Positions 57,601 to 64,000 of a DNA stretch of 64,000 nucleotides are shown piece by piece. Position 1 is the first letter of the stretch; each line of letters begins with the position of its first letter. A program made the translations under genes and the position numbers. Under the pieces are notes generated by a model, which was not told where the DNA came from, ran no database searches, and was given only the letters and a program-made list of their open reading frames with translations. The DNA lies in the NCBI GenBank assembly GCA_903813345.2, contig CAIIXF020000001.1:30504001-30568000 (forward strand). The letters are read 5' to 3'. This DNA is from Owenia fusiformis. Its lineage: Eukaryota.

Positions 57601-60600
57601 AAAAAGTTGGTTGTATATATTGCTTGTATTTTTTTGGTTGGACATGATTTTGTTTTAATGGTTTGGTGTTGGATTGTGCAACACTGTGTTGTGTTAATAT
57701 AACAATACAGGGTGTCCGGAAAGTAAAGATACAAACACTCTAATTTTAAGAGATTTAGGTTGTTTGTAATGAAATTGCTACAGATTGTGGGGGAACTATA
57801 TTACAATACATCTACCAACTTTTATAACATAAAGTCTAAATGTGTTAAAGTTACGATTGTCATGGTTACGGTGGTCAGGGGTATGCGGAGCAGTTCCATG
57901 ATATCTCTAAATTGTCATGAATTGCTAGAATTTAACCATTTGAGACGGTGTTTATTATTCTATTTCCTATCAATATTTTGTTTTGTTCAATATTGTATTC
58001 TTGCTGCCAAAGTATTCTCTTTAGTATAATGATATCACTGATACATATCAGAACTATGTAATGCCACTAACCAGTTTAATCAAATAAACATTATATCAGT
58101 GCTTAGAAAAAAGGTCCCTGGATTAATAGGAAAGGCAATAGTGCACCTCCACGATGCATCAATTCACAAAGCAAAGAAAACAAATCTTACAATTGAATGT
58201 CTTGACATTAATCCTTTTTTGTACAATGGCCCATATTACCCTGATAATGCCCCATTGGACTTCTACATTATTGAATATCTTAAAGCAATATTTGTTAGAA
58301 GTTCAACATGAAAATTAGACTGCTTGAAGCCAATTTTATCAGTAATCTGAGAGATGGACAGCAGCGGTTTTGTCAGGTCTATGAATCTCTGGTCAAGATA
58401 CACCACGAATGTTTAGATAATGTTGGGAAATACATAATACTGGATAACAGTAGTATTGTCAAAGGACCAAATAATGTTACAGTACTACTTCTTTTGCTGT
58501 TGTGGTACATTATTTGATGTATAATAGCAACAGATGATTGAGTGTCAAGATGATATAAGTAGGAGAAAAGAATAATAAAACATAATTGTGACGCTGCTCC
58601 ACATGACCGGGACTACCGTTACCATAACAACCATAACTTTTTCATTTTGAATCAATTTGTCATGATAGTTGCAGGATAAATTGTTAAAATGTCATTCTAC
58701 AATCTGTTGCAATTTCATCTCACAACAGGTAAATCTATTGAAATTAGAGCATTTGTATCTTTACTTTCCGGACACCCTGTATGTGTTGTGTATATTGACA
58801 ATGGGTTATGTTTTTGTGGTGGTTTTAAGTCAGGTTGTGTTATGCCTCATTGCATTTTGTTATTTTGGGTTTGGGTTTATTGCGTTGTGTTATTGGTGAT
58901 CCTCTCGATTGTGCTTGATCGAAAAGGTTGGTTGTGATAGGTTTAATGCTTGGAGTGCAGAATATAGCCAGATTATATTGTGATGAGCTATTGGGCTTTG
59001 ATATAAGTAGGTCATGATGAATAAAAAACATAAATAAAAACATTTGGCAAATTGTTGAACATATAAGACTTGACCTAGATCTTGACCTTTAACCTAGATA
59101 TAGTTTACATAATTTTAACTAATCAATGGTCATGCAAAAGTTCGTTCAGCATCCCTTTTTCACCATTTACTAAAAATGAAAAGTCAATTATTGCTAACAA
59201 TTGAATTCATGATGGATAGGTAATTCCTGCAGTCAAGAAAAGATCCTGGATGTGAGTTCTGGTGAGCATAATTTGCTCCTTGGGTCTAGATCATGTCAAG
59301 ATCATTGGAGGTGTAGCAGCTAATTAGCTTTTAATCAAATTAATTAGTAGGTCCAGCTAATTAGGGAGCTATTTATCATATTCAATCATTTTGGAATTTA
59401 ATAAGTGCTGTTTTGTTTCTTGTTTCTCTAATTACATTTACTAAAACTTTGTATGGAAATGACTCCTACTGACACACACACAAGTTTATTGTAGGCAAGA
59501 ATGAAATAAATGTGAGAGCTTTCCAATTCCATAATCCGGGAAAAAATAAAAGTCAAATTCATATTTCAAAGAAAGTACATGAATAAAGTAGGCCCAAAAA
59601 AGTGAAAACCATTCACCCACCAACATTTTAAATAATGCTACACATTAAACATTTCTTTGGCCCTTTTACCAATAGGTGTTCAGTTTTTAAAAATTACAAG
59701 AGAGCGTTCAGATTTGAGCGTTTTATTTGGCCCAAAACCACTTGAACAGTGCTCAAAATGGTGAAAACTGCATGATTTTGAAAGAATTTTTGACAAGGGG
59801 TTCACTCAATTGCCTTTCTTGTGAAATACCTTGGATTGGTCAAGATGTCTTTAGTAAACAAAACAAAACAATTATAAAAATACATTTACCTTTTTTAAAA
59901 TGCTGTAAATCCTTTTACAGTCATTTCGGGAGCATAGCTGAACTACTTCTGTACCTCTCTCAACAAATCTTTGGAGTTCTTGCAAACATGTATCACTGTT
60001 GGAGTTTTTCAAAATACTCTGCAACTAGAAAACAAAATAATGCAATATTGCGGCTGGAAAAATATATTGATTTTTCAATTGAATACTAGTATTAAATTGA
60101 TTGAATTAACTGTCCACTATGTCATACAAGATCAAATTCATGCCAGGCATAACATGACAATATGTCACCACCTAGTTGCTCACAATATTATGAGTTCAAT
60201 CTTAAGTCAGATTTGGTCAATTTGAAGCAAGTTGAAAAAATACCTTTTTGACCCTGATAAGATCATTGAAGGTAAAATCTCAAATCTAAAGTCAGATTTG
60301 AACTTCTGAGAACTTATATATGATTTCGAAAAAAATTGGTCAATTTGAAGCAAGTTGAAAAAAGACCTTTTTGGCCTTGACAAGGTCATTGAAGGTCAAA
60401 TATATTTTTGACCTTTAGAATGTCATTGAAGATAAAATCTATAGTCAGATTTGAACTTTTGAGAACTTCTAGATGATTTTGAAAATAAAATTGGTCAATT
60501 TGAAGCAAGTTCAAAAATACCATTTTGACCTTGAGAAGGTCAATGAAGGTCAAATCTCAAATCTAAAGTCAGATAACTTCTGATAACTTGTAGATGCTTT

Positions 60601-61521
60601 TGAAAAAATGGTCAATTTGAAGCAAGTTGAAAAAATACCTTTTTGACCTTTTTTACCTAAAAAGGTCAATGAGGGTCAAATCTTATATATAAAGTCAGAT
60701 TTGAACTTCTGAAAACTTGTAGATGATTTTGAAAAAAAAAATGAAGTCAATCTAAACAATATTTGCTAAGTTATTGGAACTTTTAAGAATGTGTTACAGA
60801 CGCCAACCACCAACCACCGATCGCCAACCGCCGATCACCAACCACCAACCGCCGTCACAAAAAACAGAGACCTAAAGATTTGAACTTTTGAGAACTTCTA
60901 GATGATTTTGAAAAAAAAAATTGGTCAATTTGAAGCAAGTTAAAAAAATACCGTTTTGATTTTTTTTACCTTAAGAAGGTGGTAACACAAAAAAAACGTT
61001 AAGGTAAATATGTAGGTTTGGAATTTTATGAAACTCATTGCAGACACGTGTTATTTTCAGGAACACATATAACTCATTCCATTTACAGTCTACATCTTTC
61101 AGTTTTGCAAAAAGAGTGCACTAATGTACCTAGATGAGAATGAATATAGTGAAAAGAAAAATGTTCAATAAATGAGAAAATTCAGTGACCTACTTTTTAA
61201 AAGTCAAAAATAAGTAAGTCACTGAATCTTCTCATTTTTCATAGATTTTAGAAATGAAATGGGTAATGTGTTTTTGAAAATAACATGCGGCTCCAATGGA
61301 TGAGGATTGCATAAGAATTCCAAATGTACACACTTACCTAACATCAACTTTGCATCATATGAAAGCTCAAAGCGCAACCTAAAAGACTGAGTGCATGGAA
61401 TATAAAAATAATTGCAACAAAATAAGTACATGTACTAGACATTTCACATAAGACTAATTAAAGTACATGTTATATAATAAAAAATTATAATACTTACAGC
61501 AAGCATTGTCTCAACAGGCAT
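18579..61521 (-). CDS. SYCP2: Synaptonemal complex protein 2-like meiotic axis protein; multi-exon, 3' end probably incomplete
   Basis: Coding exons in transcript order, all phase-compatible with AG acceptors and GT donors (one GC): 61498-61521, 59890-60024, 48960-49095, 46967-47049, 45693-45717, 44648-44733, 43608-43696, 40049-40083, 39570-39712, 39135-39184, 38773-38923, 37278-37502, 32418-32495, 32056-32145, 31646-31732, 31342-31477, 30039-30218, 29660-29769, 29309-29480, 26683-28132, 26301-26454, 26030-26121, 25838-25913, 25396-25635, 24949-25113, 24619-24772, 24267-24331, 23179-23310, 22845-22923, (candidate 22622-22684), 22005-22157, 20304-20479, 18579-18673. Total 5066 nt without the candidate. 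The translation contains GDYEFQVGVIECLFRL...FLDVRDSDFETDCREFLNHLN and EFWVDFNCGS, which match SYCP2-family motifs as I recall them (GDYxxQVxxxExLxR, FETDCRxFLNxxN, FWxDFNxGS). Confidence 0.88.
19100..19415 (+). mobile_element. Penelope-like retroelement 3' fragment (GIY-YIG endonuclease C-terminus and 3' terminal region)
   Basis: KSAITDHVLQNNCVMDWNNTTVLDND...ESISIKK resembles the SAxxxH...DW...E-x-x-x-I tail of PLE GIY-YIG domains; followed by a hammerhead-like motif and AATAAA. Confidence 0.72.
19343..19383 (+). ncRNA. Minimal type I hammerhead ribozyme-like motif (variant, possibly inactive)
   Basis: ACAG-TTGAAAA-C-GGATCC-AGACA-GGATCC-GTAA-CGTC-CTGT: stem I ACAG/CTGT, stem II GGATCC/GGATCC, palindromic ACGT in place of stem III. 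It sits in a PLE 3' end, where such motifs are typical. Confidence 0.6.
20304..20479 (-). CDS. SYCP2: SYCP2-like exon leading into the C-terminal helical region (...MSSLLNSFGADLQKTLR)
   Basis: Inside ORF 20271..20528; acceptor TTTTGTAG, donor AGG|GTAAGC; phase 1/0. Confidence 0.82.
25396..25635 (-). CDS. SYCP2: SYCP2-like exon with SWL motif (ETRSEASWLTSLGRKKKPKPKSSYS)
   Basis: Overlaps ORF 25369..25632; 240 nt; phase 0/0. Confidence 0.8.
26683..28132 (-). CDS. SYCP2: SYCP2-like large 1450-nt exon, K/S/E/N-rich disordered region
   Basis: Inside ORF 26679..28391; acceptor TTCTTTAG at 28133, donor AAG|GTAAGG; phase 1/2 fits both neighbours. Confidence 0.85.
28790..29238 (+). mobile_element. 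Degenerate Helentron-type non-autonomous element
   Basis: GCCATTTTGAA core repeats, (GGAC/GGAT) tract at 29172-29198, 3' hairpin TAGCTCAC-CAT-GTGAGCTA. Confidence 0.6.
33317..34779. mobile_element. Non-autonomous foldback DNA transposon with CAC...GTG ends and a 5-bp TSD (Transib-like)
   Basis: Arms 33317-33786 and 34312-34779 are imperfect ~470-bp inverted repeats; ACTAT is duplicated at 33312-33316 and 34780-34784; no transposase ORF in the 525-bp spacer. Confidence 0.8.
37278..37502 (-). CDS. SYCP2: SYCP2-like Spt16M/PH-like domain exon (EEEEDELLWETVSI...TLKTPNK)
   Basis: Overlaps ORF 37260..37484; 225 nt; phase 0/0; donor AAG|GTAAAT. Confidence 0.85.
38773..38923 (-). CDS. SYCP2: SYCP2-like Spt16M/PH-like domain exon (VFSIPCDAAYLG...EFWVDFNCGSRRITIFC)
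   Basis: Inside ORF 38746..38940; acceptor TTTTACAG; phase 2/0; FWxDFNxGS motif. Confidence 0.9.
39570..39712 (-). CDS. SYCP2: SYCP2-like conserved ARM-like domain exon (DYEFQVGVIECLFRLIQKPQRECFAKFWFSDKGVQKAFLDVRDSDFET)
   Basis: Strongest family motif in the window; flanked by AG and GT; phase 1/0. Confidence 0.9.
40831..41462. mobile_element. Tc1/mariner-type MITE
   Basis: TA|CAGGGTGTCAAATGGCGTTGTGCCCCC ... GGGGGCACAACGCCATTTGACACCCTG|TA; the inverted repeat extends about 60 bp. Confidence 0.8.
41731..42948 (+). mobile_element. Old, interrupted Helentron-type element (140-bp family)
   Basis: 5' motif GCAACTCCACAGAGAAGCAAATCCC at 41741; GGAT/GACA tract and CTATATCCC...GGGATAA 3' end at 42850-42948. 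Confidence 0.5.
44320..44440. repeat. 121-bp imperfect palindrome with a GCGAAGC apex
   Basis: ATATTGGAAATATAAAA...TAATGCAC..AGGCGAAGCCT..GTGCATTA...TTTTATATTTCCAATAT. Confidence 0.8.
48960..49095 (-). CDS. SYCP2: SYCP2-like exon (ELKKTSNSQEECSWVSVILRVVQHL...FEYFPKMI)
   Basis: Acceptor CCTTTGTAG, 136 nt open, phase 0/1 compatible with exon 46967-47049. Confidence 0.8.
49560..50045 (+). mobile_element. Helentron-type element with two near-identical 162-bp units (49696-50021)
   Basis: GGTTTGGCTGGAAACCTGTAGACAAG at 49696 and 49858; the unit is homologous to those at 4209-4760 and 52700-53570. Confidence 0.75.
50290..50545 (-). repeat. Dispersed repeat; inverted copy of ~3635-3900 with a partial copy near 18030-18160
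   Basis: TTCGGGTTGATTCCCCATAGA and TTTACTGGACATA.TTTAATTTGCATAACTATT are reverse complements of motifs at 3645-3765. Confidence 0.7.
51135..51321. mobile_element. Short GC-rich MITE
   Basis: Imperfect TIR CAGGGCCGTAGC / GCATACGGGCTTG; an internal segment recurs inverted near 59727-59790. Confidence 0.5.
51680..52131. mobile_element. MITE with perfect 14-bp TIRs
   Basis: CAGGCCTGTCAACT / AGTTGACAGGCCTG, with CATACC on both flanks (the right flank is a CATAC microsatellite); internal AACACCT and GCGTGAC reiterations. Confidence 0.75.
52649..53683 (+). mobile_element. Helentron-type non-autonomous element, 162-bp repeat family
   Basis: About six tandem units (two internally deleted), (GACR)n tract at 53604-53635, 3' hairpin CCCCACACTATGTGGTGGGG. 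Confidence 0.8.
53704..55135 (+). mobile_element. Helentron-type non-autonomous element, 140-bp repeat family
   Basis: 5' CAGCAACTCCACGGAGTAGGAAATCCCACCGAACAAAAC; GAGTTATCAA recurs about every 140-146 bp; GGAC tract at 55098-55122. Confidence 0.75.
54602..54833. mobile_element. 232-bp MITE with a 9-bp TSD (Mutator-like), nested in a HINE
   Basis: About 27-bp imperfect TIR AAGAGGAGGGAAAACCCCATGATTCAA / TTGAACCCTGGGGTTTCTCCCCCTCTT; GGGCTCCTT at 54593-54601 and 54834-54842. Confidence 0.75.
55477..56570 (+). mobile_element. Apparently complete Helentron-type non-autonomous element, 140-bp repeat family
   Basis: 5' AACTAG...TCCCACGGAACAAA and 3' TTTGTTCTGCGGGA form subterminal inverted repeats; internal tandem units; GGAC tract before the 3' end. 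Confidence 0.8.
55847..56034. mobile_element. 188-bp MITE with an 8-bp TSD (P- or hAT-like), nested in a HINE
   Basis: Perfect 13-bp TIR CAAGGAGGATTGG / CCAATCCTCCTTG; AGTGTCCC at 55839-55846 and 56035-56042. Confidence 0.85.
56575..58945 (+). repeat. G+T-rich degenerate tandem repeat (~370-385 bp period), split by a mariner insertion
   Basis: TTGGGTTGT..TAGTTTGA and CCTGGTT.TG.TATG.TAGTTTG blocks recur near 56610, 56995 and 57366; the same composition resumes after 58781. Confidence 0.65.
57708..58779 (+). mobile_element. Degenerate mariner element with a transposase remnant
   Basis: TA|CAGGGTGTCCGGAAAGTAAAGATACAAA ... TTTGTATCTTTACTTTCCGGACACCCTG|TA. ORF 58099..58311 has HLHDASIH and GPYYPDNAPLDFYIIEYLK, resembling mariner HDNAxxH and YSPDLAPxDF motifs. 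Confidence 0.88.
59890..60024 (-). CDS. SYCP2: SYCP2-like exon, start of ARM-like domain (LQSILKNSNSDTCLQELQRFVERG...CSRNDCKRIYSILKK)
   Basis: Acceptor TTTTGTTTTCTAG, donor AAG|GTAAAT, 135 nt open reading frame, phase 0/0. Confidence 0.8.
60200..60975 (+). repeat. Tandem ~145-bp repeat array with a CCAACCR simple-repeat tail; probably a third Helentron-type family
   Basis: AGTCAGAT..GAACTT.TGAGAACTT...GGTCAATTTGAAGCAAGTT recurs near 60290, 60443, 60566 and 60692; CCAACCA/CCGATCR repeats at 60800-60855. Confidence 0.75.
61498..61521 (-). CDS. SYCP2: SYCP2-like first coding exon (MPVETMLA); full exon including UTR 61498-61578
   Basis: ATG at 61521-61519 with an in-frame TGA just upstream; donor GCT|GTAAGT; acceptor TTTGTAG at 61579; phase 0 joins the next exon. 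Confidence 0.65.
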
Positions 61522-63965
61522 TGTTGGATTGAGAATTCATGTACATTATAGGATTGCCATCATTTGTGATTCATCATTCTACAAAGTTTCATTTCGATTG
61601 TTAATACGATGTTGATACTATAATAATTTAAGATGCTAGATTATAAGGAGCACATCCTAGATTTAATGGATGTATATTGTAAAGTGTCCCATTTTACATT
61701 ATCTTAAAATATAGGCCTTGGCATGTAATATAGTTTTGATGCCTTCTCACCCAGTCCTGGTACGCTCTTAGCAATTTCTTCCACCGTGACAAAGTGAGGT
61801 GTTTGACCTCCCAGGTTTGGGGTTATCATCCAGGGTCATCATTTTTAGATCTCTATTCCCACCTCATAATTTAAGTTGTATCTGCTTTATTCTCCTTACA
61901 TACTTTATACATGGTATCATAAGTTTGTGTGGCTGTGAGTCCACGTGAATTATTAACTTGGGCCACCGAACGCTGAATTTTAATTTTTGACTATTAAACT
62001 GTGGCATTGTGCAATCACAATACTAATTGGTAAACATCATGCTGAATAAATTTCCCAATTTTCCAAATATTTTAATTATTATTTCCAAATCATTTAAAAG
62101 AAAGAGATATAAATAGAATAACACTTTACAGCTTTTCATGATTAGAAAAATTGGCACCTGCCCCGTCCATCCCTACCCCGTGTTGCTATAGCAATGATTT
62201 TAATACCTAACATTGATGTTTGATGCTGAAACTTCAGGATATGATAGATAACACTTCAATTGCAATATACACAAAATTTCAGCTGAATTGTTAGAATATT
62301 AAAGAAAGTTAGAGCATCACTTCTGGGACAACCCTCGTACACTGATAGAATGATTCTTGCTTCTTGTAAATATTATTTCTTTTACATTTGATTATATGCC
62401 CTTCAGATTGTTATCTAATTGAGATTGCATTTGTATCCTGTATTGTTATTTAGGAAATAAAACAACATAAAAGTAATGTAACATAAACATCGGAGGTACT
62501 GTTATTACTGAAGATGAAACTTCTCTATATCCTGATCAGTGGTTTATCTCTTTATTCCATAATAGCAGTCTATCATGTAAAGTAGAAAAACTAATGCACA
62601 ATAGTACTCTTGAAAAATTACCCTTGAACAGAATGAGATCAACTCAATTTTGGTCAAAACTGTAAATGTTCCTTATTCTGACATTTGCACATTTTAAATA
62701 TATAATTTCTTTCCAATTATAGGAATACATGTACAGAATAATGTATATATACTTCAAGGGCCAGCAAATCAAACCCCATCAAGGTCATTCATGTAAATAT
62801 GTGCCAAAGACAGGTAGAAAATGGAACTAGAGCCTATGCTTAGTATTCCTCTTGTCAACAAAGTATGTATAAAATATATCTAGCTCCAATACAGAATCTG
62901 TGTTTTAGTTAGGTACAAGTCGAGAACAAATATACTTTCATGCCCAAAATCTAAAGTTATTTAAGTTGTGAGACGTCAATTTTTTATGTCACGAGAAATT
63001 GATATGTTGCCATCATGATAAACGGTTATAAAATAACATATTGGTTTGTTTATTCAATCAGAGATAACTGTATCTATATTCTAAAAGGCTGAATATGTTG
63101 AATATCATTGGCAAGTATTGCAAAATATGGTACAATCTCTCAAGTTATGAATTAGACTACTTAAAAATATATATTCTATATTAGAAGATGGCATTACTTA
63201 GCATGGGGACATAATCTTTCTAGGCGACCAAAGGCAGTTAGTCCATATTATTTTTCAACAATCAGAAATTAGATATTAATAAATGAGAGGTACAGTTGCA
63301 ACATGACTTAAAGACGATCAGTTATAGAGAATACTGTCAATTTTGTACAAGAAATGTTTTTATACTTCAATACATACAGTTTAGGCTAGACATCAGGGTC
63401 ATAGAATAATGACAATGAGTCAATGCAGTCAATGAATGACCAATCAAAGTGAATGAACTTGAAAACAATGTCTAAAGGCTTTATGTAGATGTTTTTGATA
63501 ATATGCTCACATCATTGACAACAAACTGTAGCTTTCTTGGCAGTGAGTAGCCTAAGCCTAAAATAGCTTTGACTAAAATTAGCCCTTAGTTAGAACGTTG
63601 ACTTCATCATCAAAAGTGAAGCCATGCAGAAGGTGAACTTGAAAACTCATGGTCACTGAGTTAAAAATAAAAAAATAAGCTACATAACAATTACATGTAT
63701 TAGTGCAGACCAATGGGACAATCAGGAAACTAAATGAAAGCAAAAAATGATGAATTTTCTTTTTTCAAGATTTTCCGTCTTACATTTCACAAATAGTCTA
63801 TCAAGTGATTATATCGACAAAAGTACTATTTATTCAAACATTAAAGCCCATTCCATTTTACAAAAGATTTTGATAACCTTACTACCTTTAAAAGCATAGA
63901 AATGTAACCAAATAACTGTATACTTGCTGAAAATAACAGCACAAAAGACGATTGATTTCACTCAC

Positions 63966-64000
63966 CGTACAGCTCAATCTACTTGTAAGGCAAACAAAGC
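63966..64000 (-). other. Possible non-coding 5' UTR exon of the SYCP2-like gene, running off the window
   Basis: Strong minus-strand donor ACG|GTGAGT at 63965; the downstream exon 61498-61578 has an acceptor but no upstream coding partner. Confidence 0.35.

Overview
AT-rich, repeat-dense eukaryotic DNA with spliceosomal introns; gene and transposon content suggest an invertebrate animal, possibly a lophotrochozoan (inference). Most short ORFs in the supplied track are noise. The main feature is a minus-strand multi-exon gene rebuilt by hand from splice sites and intron phases: 32 phase-consistent coding exons plus one candidate, from 61521 down to 18579, about 1,690 codons. It matches the meiotic axis protein SYCP2 (ARM-like domain, Spt16M/PH-like domain, closure-motif-like segments, long disordered region, start of the C-terminal coiled coil). 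Its last exons were not found. An intronless rhodopsin-family peptide GPCR (14404-15444, minus) lies downstream on the same strand and may be nested in a SYCP2 intron. The rest is layered transposon DNA: Helentron-type non-autonomous elements with 140-162 bp internal tandem repeats, Tc1/mariner remnants, MITEs, two Penelope-like fragments (one with a variant minimal hammerhead ribozyme), and a 1.46 kb CAC...GTG foldback element with a 5-bp target duplication. I saw no CRISPR array, rRNA or tRNA, and no clearly new biological system. The best leads are listed as findings. Homology calls rest on recalled family motifs, not database searches.
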